Source of the DNA: Candidatus Woesearchaeota archaeon
Lineage (GTDB): Archaea > Nanobdellota > Nanobdellia > Woesearchaeales > GW2011-AR4
DNA length: 19,894 bases
Direction: 5' to 3'
Assembly: GCA_016181305.1 (NCBI GenBank)
Contig: JACOZN010000007.1
Coordinates: 1-19,894, forward strand
In this document: in pieces, positions 1 to 7,265 of the stretch
How the letters are laid out: each line of letters starts with the position of its first letter
Numbering within the stretch: the stretch's first letter is position 1
Position numbers and translations under genes: made by a program
The notes under the pieces: generated by a model
The model's database searches: none
Told to the model about the DNA's origin: nothing
The model's input: only the letters and a program-made list of their open reading frames with translations

Positions 1-1725
1 CAGTACATGATTATCCAATGTCTCATCAGCAACAACCAAATCCCCTTCTTCCAGCAATTGAGTTGATGGGATTTTTTCAGCAATGTCTGGATTGGTGTAG
101 GCAGTTGTGCCTTTTTGCAGTGTTCCGTTTATTGTGACAGTCCCGTCTGACGCTATCTTCATTCTTTCACCAGCACCCCCATTTCCTGAGCTTGTTGTCC
201 AGAATGAAGTTTCAAATGTTTCAGCTCCGGCACTTTGCCCAGTTTGGATGAAGAATATCCCAGCGCCAAAATTATTTGAGCTGGCATCTCTGATTGAAAT
301 TCCAGAAGCGATATTTGTACCGGTATTTGTATTTCTTATCCTTATGGTGTCGCCGCGCGCTTCAGCGGCATCGACATTAAAGGAGTTTTCCCGAGTTATC
401 GTGAGCGCAGGGGCGTTGCCGTCGACTGGCGTGGTGATGCTTGCGTCGCCAACGACAGTCAGTTTGGCTCCCGGGCTCGTTGTGTTGATGCCGACGTTGC
501 CTCCGCTTGTTATGGCAAAAAATATGTTATTGGGCACATCATTAAAGTCGTTCCCTGTGCCAATGGAATATACGTTCCCGCTACTTGCCGCTAATCCTGT
601 GTACCAGTTATACGAGTTTACAGTATCCCTAAACTGAGCCATGGCTCTGTCCGCATTCTGTTTTCTTGAAGTGATAAGCATTGCGTTTCTGCCAGTTGTA
701 CCATAGCTTATTTCCAGCTGGGAATTAAAAGTTGTATCAAAAACACTAAGATCCATATTGTTATTATCTGTGCCTGAGATATTTAACTCTCCGGTTATTG
801 TTGCATTTCCAACAACCTCAAATTTCTTTACAGGTGTTGTAGTTCCGATGCCGACGTTGCCGTCGTCTTTGACACTTAACCCTGACGATGCCCCTAAATC
901 ACCAAGGAGATCCAGTCTGCCAATTGAGGAGTCTCCATACAAAGTTGCATTAACTACCAGGTTTCCGTTAACCTGTAGCTTTTCTGCAGGCGCCGTCGTC
1001 CCAATGCCGATTTTGCCTGCACTTGTGATTCGCATATATTCAGTTCCTTCAGGAGCAGTAAGGTTGATTGCGCCATTGCCGCGAAAAACTAAATCAGCGC
1101 CAGTTTGAGCACCGGAGCCAGTAGCTGGCACACCTATAGCCCACCTAGCCGCCTTATTAGCTTCGGTGAACCTTAATATCTGGTCTCCCTCGTGCCGAAT
1201 ATGAATGTTTCCGTGCACCTGGAGCTTTTCGGTTGGTGATGTAATTCCAATGCCGACGTTGCCTGATGTATTTTGAATTGTAATAGCTGTTACTATTCCA
1301 GCGTGTTGTATATACAAATCTCCATTTGCACTTCCACCAGAACCTCCTGCGCCTACAACCCATTCCTTACCACTACCGCTTCCAAATAATCTTAAGCGAG
1401 CATCATTACTTGTATCATTAACTAAAATATCACCATTTATGTGTAATCTATCTAAAGGACTCGTCGTCCCAATCCCTACCCTATCGCCAGTAGCATCAAC
1501 AAACAAAGTATTGCCGTCAACCGAAAAGTTCCCGTCAACAGACAAATTGCCCTTAATCGAAACATTCCCTGCATTAACCAAGTTATTCCCGCTCAAGTTC
1601 AAATTCCCAAACACATTGATGAAACTGCCGGTTGTCAGTTCAATAGAGGTTGCTCCAAAAGAAAGAGTAGAAAACAATAAACTCATCACTACCAAAACCA
1701 TAATTCCATAATTCCTTCCAGTCAT
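1..1725 (-). CDS. Secreted/membrane-anchored tail-fibre-like repeat protein with probable intramolecular-chaperone (peptidase G2/S74-like) C-terminal domain; 3' end runs off the window
   Basis: Manual translation gives an open frame from ATG 1725 to base 1 (575 codons, no stop; not in the ORF track). Hydrophobic N-terminus MTGRNYGIMVLVVMSLLFSTLSFGA. Five (G)x(V/I)GI(G/N)xTxP..(K/R)(L/F)x(V/I)xG repeats (RVGIGTTSP, NVGIGITSP, KIGIGTTAP, NVGIGTTTP, NVGINTTSP). Ends in ...NPDIAEKIPSTQLLEEGDLVVAD, resembling the D-x-A-E...L-x-x-G-D-x-V start of autoproteolytic chaperone domains. Confidence 0.85.
   Translation of the reverse strand, partial: MTGRNYGIMVLVVMSLLFSTLSFGATSIELTTGSFINVFGNLNLSGNNLVNAGNVSIKGNLSVDGNFSVDGNTLFVDATGDRVGIGTTSPLDRLHINGDILVNDTSNDARLRLFGSGSGKEWVVGAGGSGGSANGDLYIQHAGIVTAITIQNTSGNVGIGITSPTEKLQVHGNIHIRHEGDQILRFTEANKAARWAIGVPATGSGAQTGADLVFRGNGAINLTAPEGTEYMRITSAGKIGIGTTAPAEKLQVNGNLVVNATLYGDSSIGRLDLLGDLGASSGLSVKDDGNVGIGTTTPVKKFEVVGNATITGELNISGTDNNNMDLSVFDTTFNSQLEISYGTTGRNAMLITSRKQNADRAMAQFRDTVNSYNWYTGLAASSGNVYSIGTGNDFNDVPNNIFFAITSGGNVGINTTSPGAKLTVVGDASITTPVDGNAPALTITRENSFNVDAAEARGDTIRIRNTNTGTNIASGISIRDASSNNFGAGIFFIQTGQSAGAETFETSFWTTSSGNGGAGERMKIASDGTVTINGTLQKGTTAYTNPDIAEKIPSTQLLEEGDLVVADETLDNHVL
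488..1473. repeat. Short identical DNA repeats at the repeat-module joints of the fibre gene
   Basis: ATGCCGACGTTGCC at 488-501, 848-861 and 1250-1263; CGTCGTCCCAAT at 994-1005 and 1462-1473. Confidence 0.85.
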
Positions 1726-1726
1726 C

Positions 1727-1954
1727 TTATTCTTCCCCATATTCTATTCCAAGCTCCTCAACCAGCTTCATTGTCTTCTTAGAATCGCGTATCTTCCTCA
1801 GGGCATTGCTCAAAAACCCAGAAACAGCAGGCTGTGAAATCTTCAGCCTGGAAGCTATCTCATTCTGCCTTAACCCCTTCTTTCTAAGCTCCAAACACCC
1901 ATTCAACTTCATGGAAGAGCGTGGGTCTCTCGGGTTTTTTAATTGAAAAGTCAT
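1727..1954 (-). CDS. Small HTH DNA-binding protein, Tfx / sigma70 region 4-like
   Basis: LELRKKGLRQNEIASRLKISQPAVSGFLSNALRKIRDSKKTMKLVEEL fits the N-terminal HTH pattern of archaeal Tfx proteins. Its TAA stop (1727-1729) is 1 nt from the fibre ATG. Start is ambiguous (1954 or 1912). Confidence 0.75.
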   Translation of the reverse strand: MTFQLKNPRDPRSSMKLNGCLELRKKGLRQNEIASRLKISQPAVSGFLSNALRKIRDSKKTMKLVEELGIEYGEE

Positions 1955-2113
1955 TGAAATGGATTAAATTTAAAGATAATAGAAAAATCAATTACAAAAT
2001 AATTGAAAATTAAATCAAAAACACATTCAAATAAAAAACTAAAAAATACGAGAGCGACTTCTATAAGTATTAGTGATGGAAGTAATCCTCTTGCGCTTCT
2101 TTCCTAAAAGTAG

Positions 2114-2332
2114 TCACTGATGGGCACTAGTTATTGCTTCTTTTAGCACATTTTTATTTAAAGTTTTACTTGCATTTAAAACTTCAATTCCAAGAAGCTT
2201 ACTTTTTTTGTCAAAGTCAAGAATTATGGGATAATCATCTAATGACACTTGTGTTTTTGATTCCCCATTTTTTATTGGATATTTTACATAAATATACACT
2301 GCATCTGCTTCTTTGTCGTAAGTTATTCTCAT
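2114..2332 (-). CDS. DUF2283 family protein
   Basis: MRITYDKEADAVYIY...IILDFDKKSKLLGIEVLNAS is the typical DUF2283 pattern. ATGA overlap with the polX stop. Confidence 0.85.
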   Translation of the reverse strand: MRITYDKEADAVYIYVKYPIKNGESKTQVSLDDYPIILDFDKKSKLLGIEVLNASKTLNKNVLKEAITSAHQ

Positions 2333-4050
2333 TTTTTCAACATTCTCATCATATCCTTCAGCTTTCTTGTGTTAATAATGTCATTCTTTGTTGCCCATCC
2401 TCTTCTTGCAGTTCCGATTCCAAGCTTAAAGAAATGAAGCTGGTCTGTATTATGGGCGTCAGTGCTTATGACAAGCTTTACTCCGGCTTTTACAGCAGCC
2501 CTTACATGGCTATCCCTTAAGTCCATCCTTTCGGGATAGGAGTTTATTTCCATAATGGTATTTGTCCTTTTTGCAGCGTCAAAGACAGCTTCCAAGTCAA
2601 TGTCATAGCTTTCTCTTCTTGTTATCAGCCTTCCTGTGGGATGCGCAATAATGTCAACATTCTCGTTTTCCATTGCCTTTACCATTCTTCTTGTTATCTT
2701 CTCTTTCGGATTCTTGAAGCCCGAATGAATGCTTGCAACAACAATGTCCAACTCCTTAAGCACTTTGTCAGGCATATCCAGCTTTCCATCATCTGTTATA
2801 TTCACTTCAACACCCTGCAATATTTCAATGCCGTTTAATTTTTTATTCGCTTTGTCAATTTCTTTTCTTTGCCCTTTGATTCTTTTCTTGTCAAGAGGAT
2901 TTGCAATTGCTATCCTCCCGGTATGGTCTGTGATGCAAATATACTCATGCCCGAGCTTTTTCGCAGCCAAAGCCATTTCCTCTATCGTATTATTGCCGTC
3001 GCTCCATTTTGTGTGCATCTGCAAATCGCCTTTTATATCATTATAGCCTATCAGCTTTGGCAGCATGTGGTGCTGCGCCATTTCAATCTCGCCTTCGTCT
3101 TCCCTCATTTCGGGCTCAATGTAGTCCATGCCCAGTTTTTTATACACTTCCTCTTCTGTCCTGCCTGCCACTATTTTGTTCGTCTTATTATCAAACAACC
3201 CATATTCGCTCAGCTTGAGCCCCTTCTCTATTGCAATCCTCCTCAAGATTATGTTGTGCTCCTTGTTGCCTGTAAAATAAAGCAGCGCAGCCCCAAAGAT
3301 GCTGTCATTCAAAACCCTCAGGTCGACTTGGATGCCTTCCTTCAGCCTTACTGAAGATTTTGTAGGCCCCTTCGCAAGCACCTGGGCAACATTAGGCATT
3401 TTTGTGAAGAATTCTATTACCTTGCCAGGATTTTTTGATGTTGCAAGAATATCAATGTCTCCTATTGTTTCCTTCATCCTTCTTGTTGAGCCTGCAATGC
3501 TGGCTTTTTGCACCTCTTTCAATGTTTTCAGCATCCTCACAACTTCCTCTGCGCTTGCAAGCGCAAACCCCAGAGGCACCCTTTCCCTTGATTTTCTCGA
3601 AAACTCTATGCTTTTCAGGATGTTCTGCTCAACTATAGGGCCAAGCCCCTCTATTTTTTGTATTTTGCCCTGCTTTGCTGCCTTCTCCAAGCCAGCCACA
3701 TCCTTGATTTTTAATTCCCTGTAGAGCTTTAGGATTGTTTTCGGGCCAACGCCTTCAATCTTGCCAAGCCCTTCCATGTCAACAGGCGTTTTCTTCTTAA
3801 GCTCATCAAGATGCTTTAATTTGCCTGTCCTCAGGAACTCGTCAATCTTCTTTGCAATGCCTTCCCCGATTCCAGGCAAATCTTCCAATCTTCCTTCTTT
3901 CCAAACCTGCTCTATGTCCTCTGAAAGCCCTTCAATAACCAAGGCAGCTTTTCTATATGCCCTTATCTTAAACCTGTCTTTTGCATCGGTGCCGAATTCA
4001 AGATAATCTGCAATCTCATTAAGAAGCTCTGCAACCTCGATGTTTTTCAT
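2329..4050 (-). CDS. polX: DNA polymerase X family with C-terminal PHP domain
   Basis: N-terminal 8-kDa-like region (KIRAYRKAA), HhH motifs (LPGIGEG, IEGVGPK, IEGLGP), catalytic AGSTRR...GDIDIL and QVDLRV, PHP motifs QMHTKWSDG, TDH, AHPTGR, STDAH. 573 aa. Confidence 0.95.
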   Translation of the reverse strand: MKNIEVAELLNEIADYLEFGTDAKDRFKIRAYRKAALVIEGLSEDIEQVWKEGRLEDLPGIGEGIAKKIDEFLRTGKLKHLDELKKKTPVDMEGLGKIEGVGPKTILKLYRELKIKDVAGLEKAAKQGKIQKIEGLGPIVEQNILKSIEFSRKSRERVPLGFALASAEEVVRMLKTLKEVQKASIAGSTRRMKETIGDIDILATSKNPGKVIEFFTKMPNVAQVLAKGPTKSSVRLKEGIQVDLRVLNDSIFGAALLYFTGNKEHNIILRRIAIEKGLKLSEYGLFDNKTNKIVAGRTEEEVYKKLGMDYIEPEMREDEGEIEMAQHHMLPKLIGYNDIKGDLQMHTKWSDGNNTIEEMALAAKKLGHEYICITDHTGRIAIANPLDKKRIKGQRKEIDKANKKLNGIEILQGVEVNITDDGKLDMPDKVLKELDIVVASIHSGFKNPKEKITRRMVKAMENENVDIIAHPTGRLITRRESYDIDLEAVFDAAKRTNTIMEINSYPERMDLRDSHVRAAVKAGVKLVISTDAHNTDQLHFFKLGIGTARRGWATKNDIINTRKLKDMMRMLKK

Positions 4051-4074
4051 AGAAATAGATTTTAAATTTTGAGG

Positions 4075-4082
4075 TATTTAAA
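4075..4082 (-). promoter_or_regulatory. TATA box for polX (probably leaderless or near-leaderless mRNA)
   Basis: Minus strand AAAAA-TTTAAATA, 24 nt upstream of ATG 4050. Confidence 0.5.
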
Positions 4083-4107
4083 TTTTTGGTGGATAATTTA
4101 GTTTGCA

Positions 4108-4392
4108 TTAATGTAGGTAGGGTTTATCTAAAGTGGCTAAAATTTTTGTGTATACCTCTAGCTCCTGATCGGCTTCTTCTGTTCTTTTCAAAGCAAGAAG
4201 GGCATGGTACTTAGTTTCATGAGCATCGGCTGAAATTTTTCTAAAATTTTTGTCAAGAATGTCCGGGGCTTCTACAACTTGGATTACGTCGTTACATAAT
4301 GTTAAGGCTTCTTCTCTAGCGCCTTGATTCATCAGCGCATTTGCTCTTCTCAAATCATCACTTAAATAACCAAATAATTCTGCATAATCCAT
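4108..4392 (-). CDS. Hypothetical all-helical, TPR-like protein
   Basis: Open frame between nudix and polX on the same strand. TPR-like patterns ANALMNQGAREEALTLC and ADAHETKYHALLALKRTEEA. Start is either ATG 4392 (no overlap with nudix) or 4416. Confidence 0.6.
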   Translation of the reverse strand: MDYAELFGYLSDDLRRANALMNQGAREEALTLCNDVIQVVEAPDILDKNFRKISADAHETKYHALLALKRTEEADQELEVYTKILATLDKPYLH

Positions 4393-4399
4393 TTTATGC

Positions 4400-4822
4400 C
4401 TATTTTTTATTTTCATCTAAAAACTTATTTGCTTTCATCAGCAATTCCTTTGCATTGTTGAAAGTCAGCTTTTTATAAGCGTGCTCGTAGCCCATCCACG
4501 CGTATCCAATATGCTCCTTTGACAGTTCAACATGCCCTGTTGCTGACTGGGCAAGGAAAAAGACGACCTCCTTAAAAATTGTTTCATCGCCACTTTTGTA
4601 AAAATACTTTACCAGTTCCCTAAACTCATCAACAAACTCTATGTCCCCGATGCCAGTCTCTTCCTTGATTTCCCTTGCAGCAGTCTGCTCTTCCTTCTCA
4701 TTCTTTTCCTGTTTGCCTTTTGGAAGATCCCAGTGCCCGGCTTCATAATGCAAAAGGAGGTATTTTATGCCATCCTTTTCCCGTTTAAAAACAACAGCTC
4801 CGCAGCTTTTTTCTTTGGGCAT
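4400..4822 (-). CDS. Nudix hydrolase, likely Ap4A hydrolase-like (bis(5'-nucleosyl)-tetraphosphatase)
   Basis: Perfect Nudix box GKQEKNEKEEQTAAREIKEETGI. SCGAVVF, YLLLHY..GHWDLPKG and LSKEH..Y.W elements typical of the asymmetric Ap4A hydrolase subfamily. ATG 4822 is supported by TATA spacing. Confidence 0.9.
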   Translation of the reverse strand: MPKEKSCGAVVFKREKDGIKYLLLHYEAGHWDLPKGKQEKNEKEEQTAAREIKEETGIGDIEFVDEFRELVKYFYKSGDETIFKEVVFFLAQSATGHVELSKEHIGYAWMGYEHAYKKLTFNNAKELLMKANKFLDENKK

Positions 4823-4843
4823 TAAAAACGGTAATTTCAATGG

Positions 4844-4851
4844 CTATAAAA
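4844..4851 (-). promoter_or_regulatory. TATA box for the Nudix gene
   Basis: Minus strand AATAAAAC-TTTTATAG, 21 nt upstream of ATG 4822. Confidence 0.55.
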
Positions 4852-4931
4852 GTTTTATTCACTAAAATAGAAACCTTTATATACAATCTATACTATAAAA
4901 TATATACTTCCAAAAATATATGCTACAAAAC

Positions 4932-4946
4932 AACAAAGTTTATATA
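4932..4946 (+). promoter_or_regulatory. BRE + TATA box on the + strand upstream of the tfe leader
   Basis: AACAAAG-TTTATATA (TATA at 4939-4946). A second TTTATATA lies at 4876-4883. Confidence 0.55.
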
Positions 4947-4965
4947 TGACAAGCACTCTTAACGT

Positions 4966-5175
4966 CTGCAATAGCCTTCTAAACCTATTGCAGTTTATCA
5001 CATTCACAAACTAGTCATTCCCGTCTATTAGTTGGGAAAAAATGGGGTGGAGAGTCAGGGCGTGAAGCTTGGATAGGGGCAAAAATATCACATTTTAATT
5101 TGTCCCACCTTTTAAGGAAGTGTAGGAGTTTTTCAATCACCTCTTTTCTTCTGCGCTCAACCTTAAAAGAGTGGG
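4966..5175 (+). ncRNA. Candidate structured RNA (long tfe 5' leader or separate sRNA)
   Basis: Hairpins at 4966-4993 (9 bp perfect), 5018-5038 and 5104-5175 (14-bp outer stem with one bulge plus 9-bp inner stem with G-U pairs). Follows a TATA box and ends 19 nt before the tfe ATG. Confidence 0.4.
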
Positions 5176-5194
5176 CTTTAATCATAAAGGCAAA

Positions 5195-5731
5195 ATGAAG
5201 ATAACAAACACAAAAATAAATGACACAGTCAAGGAAGTAATCGGAGAAGACTCTCTGCAGATAATTGAGTACCTCAAGGACAAGAAGAACATTTCTGACT
5301 TCAAGATAGCGGAAAAGGTTGACAGGGACATTCATGAAGTTCGCAATATTCTTTACAGGCTCTATAATTTCAACCTTGTTTCATATTACAGGAAGAAAGA
5401 CAGGCAGAAGGGATGGTACATCAGCTACTGGACTTTCAACAAGAAAAGGGTCAAGGAATTGCTTGACAAAACCAACAGGGACAAGCTTGCCAGATACACC
5501 CAAAGGCTCAGGGAAGAGGAGGCAAATATCGGCAATTTTTACCTTTGCCCGAATGCATGCGTCAGGGTTGGGTTTGAAAAGGCTGTTGACTTGGAGTACA
5601 GGTGCCCGGAATGCGGCTCAATCCTCAACCACCAGGACAACGCAAAGACAATAGATTTCCTAAGGACAAAGATAAAGGAACTGCAGAACGGGCATGCAAT
5701 TGGGAATGGAAGGATTAGGGGAAGGGCTTGA
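5195..5731 (+). CDS. tfe: Transcription factor E (TFIIE-alpha homologue)
   Basis: Winged-helix N-terminus (ISDFKIAEKVDRDIHEVRNILYRLYNFNLVSYYRKKD...GWYISYW) and zinc ribbon FYLCPNAC...YRCPECGSIL. ATG at 5195. Confidence 0.93.
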   Translation: MKITNTKINDTVKEVIGEDSLQIIEYLKDKKNISDFKIAEKVDRDIHEVRNILYRLYNFNLVSYYRKKDRQKGWYISYWTFNKKRVKELLDKTNRDKLARYTQRLREEEANIGNFYLCPNACVRVGFEKAVDLEYRCPECGSILNHQDNAKTIDFLRTKIKELQNGHAIGNGRIRGRA

Positions 5732-5732
5732 T

Positions 5733-6179
5733 TTAATGTATTTTATACAAAACATTAGGGTCTTTTTCTTTTTCTAGAGCATACGACAATGCAGTTTGAA
5801 CAACTACTTTTTGAAATATATCATATACATCTTTCTGACCAGATAGGCTTGCTAAAGTTTCTAGGCTGCCTAACAATTCTTCTTCGGACAATTCAAATCT
5901 ATTCACTTCGTTGCTGATATTAGCATGATGGCTTAATCTGCTGTAATCTGGTGAGCAAGCTGACTCTAATTGGTAAGAGCCATCAACTTTTTTAAAATTC
6001 ACAATCGCAGAAATTCGCCCATCTGAATCCTGATGTACAAACTTAATTCTTGGGAAGCCCTTTTGAGCATCCTTTAACCCGCCTGATGGAACAAAAAATA
6101 TTGTCCAAGAGTCGTCTGAATCATCAAATTCTAAATCTAGAGAATCCCTAGCAATGCGTGCAAATTGTTCAACACCCAT
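5733..6179 (-). CDS. Hypothetical protein (148 aa)
   Basis: Fills the gap between tfe and the RNA methyltransferase. SD-like AAAGGAG just upstream of the ATG. No recognisable motif. Confidence 0.65.
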   Translation of the reverse strand: MGVEQFARIARDSLDLEFDDSDDSWTIFFVPSGGLKDAQKGFPRIKFVHQDSDGRISAIVNFKKVDGSYQLESACSPDYSRLSHHANISNEVNRFELSEEELLGSLETLASLSGQKDVYDIFQKVVVQTALSYALEKEKDPNVLYKIH

Positions 6180-6208
6180 TATGTAATACTCCTTTAAAGT
6201 TTCTATAT

Positions 6209-7162
6209 TTAATTCTTTCTAATTTTCGCCACAAAAAATCCCTCAGTATCATTATCCTGAGGCCAAATTCGCAAACATTTTTTTAATTCATCATCATATT
6301 TCTTTCCATCAAATTCCAAAATTAGATTGCTCCTTTTAATGTCCAATTTTATTTCCTCAATCTTTGCATTTTCATATTTGTTGATCAAATAATTGACAAC
6401 TTCCTCGTTTTCTTCAGGCTCAAGGGAGCATGTTGAATATACCAAAACACCATCTTTTTTCAATAAATTAAATCCTGTTTCAATCAGCTGCCTCTGGGTT
6501 ATTGCAAGCCTTCTTACTATGTCGGGATTCCATATGTTAATTGTCTTCAGGCTTTTCCTTATAGTGCCTGTGCCGGAGCACGGCCCATCAACCAGGATTT
6601 TGTCAAACTCTATGCCGCTTCTTTTGAACCACTGCCCTTCCATCAATGTTATTACTGCATTTGTCACTCCGCATCTCTGCAAATTTATAGACAATGGCTT
6701 CATTCTCTCGTAAGTGTAGTCATTTGCAATCAAAATGCCCTTGTTTTCCATGTACTGCGCAATCTGGGTTGTTTTGCTTCCAGGCGATGCTGCAATGTCC
6801 AAAACAATTTCATCAGGCTTCGGCTCAAGGACAATAGGCGGAATCATTGAGGCTGCTTCCTGGGTGTAGAAGTAGCCAAGCGAATGCTCGATTAAATTGC
6901 CAATATCCCTTCTTTCCTTTTTTGCATGCTCAATCCAAAAGCCTTCCTTGCACCAAGGAATCTGCTCCAAGTCCCAGGCTTTTTCTATTCTTTTTTTTAG
7001 CTCATTTATTGTTATTTTTAATGTATTAACCCTTATTGAGCGCTTTAAGAAAGACAAAGAACACTGCCTGAAAGCGTCCCAGTCTGTAAGCTTTGAGTAT
7101 CTTTCAATGAATCTGGGCTTGAATTCTATTTCTGGCGCATTGTGAAAAGGCTTTGTTTCCAT
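6209..7162 (-). CDS. RsmB/NOP2/NSUN-family RNA cytosine-C5 methyltransferase
   Basis: FYTQEAASMIP, motif I DIAASPGSKT, motif IV LVDGPCSGTG, motif VI VYSTCSLEPEENE, C-terminal RIWP.....EGFFVAKIRK. Start at METKPF (ATG 7162). Confidence 0.93.
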   Translation of the reverse strand: METKPFHNAPEIEFKPRFIERYSKLTDWDAFRQCSLSFLKRSIRVNTLKITINELKKRIEKAWDLEQIPWCKEGFWIEHAKKERRDIGNLIEHSLGYFYTQEAASMIPPIVLEPKPDEIVLDIAASPGSKTTQIAQYMENKGILIANDYTYERMKPLSINLQRCGVTNAVITLMEGQWFKRSGIEFDKILVDGPCSGTGTIRKSLKTINIWNPDIVRRLAITQRQLIETGFNLLKKDGVLVYSTCSLEPEENEEVVNYLINKYENAKIEEIKLDIKRSNLILEFDGKKYDDELKKCLRIWPQDNDTEGFFVAKIRKN

Positions 7163-7236
7163 TTTTTGATTTGTAATTGTCTTTAACATTAAAGGCTTTC
7201 GTATTTTATCCAGACTTAAACAAGTTAACAGCAAGA

Positions 7237-7244
7237 TTTAAAAT
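7237..7244 (+). promoter_or_regulatory. TATA box for the LAGLIDADG-like gene
   Basis: GCAAGA-TTTAAAAT, 21 nt upstream of ATG 7266. Confidence 0.45.
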
Positions 7245-7265
7245 ACAGTGTAGATTTCTTTAGAT

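Noticed and set aside
107-1711. Plus-strand ORFs 107-637, 758-1108, 1439-1711 and minus-strand ORF 1157-1363
   Set aside because: Antisense or alternate-frame shadows of the 575-codon fibre gene, which has coherent repeats and a signal peptide.
1-1725. Diversity-generating retroelement target
   Set aside because: No reverse transcriptase and no template/variable repeat pair differing at adenines is visible.
1-2332. Provirus interpretation of the fibre + HTH region
   Set aside because: No integrase, capsid, portal or terminase in the window, and the fibre has a signal/anchor peptide. The unseen left flank could change this.
5041-5175. SRP RNA, RNase P RNA or tRNA in the nudix-tfe gap
   Set aside because: No SRP helix-8 AGCAG motif, no RNase P GAGGAAAGUCC element and no cloverleaf/T-loop.
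5015-5335. Minus-strand 106-aa ORF, or its 56-aa internal version starting at ATG 5185
   Set aside because: It overlaps tfe head-to-head, or starts 9 nt from the tfe ATG with no room for a promoter. No motif. The RNA-structure explanation fits the region better, though ribosome profiling would be needed to exclude it.
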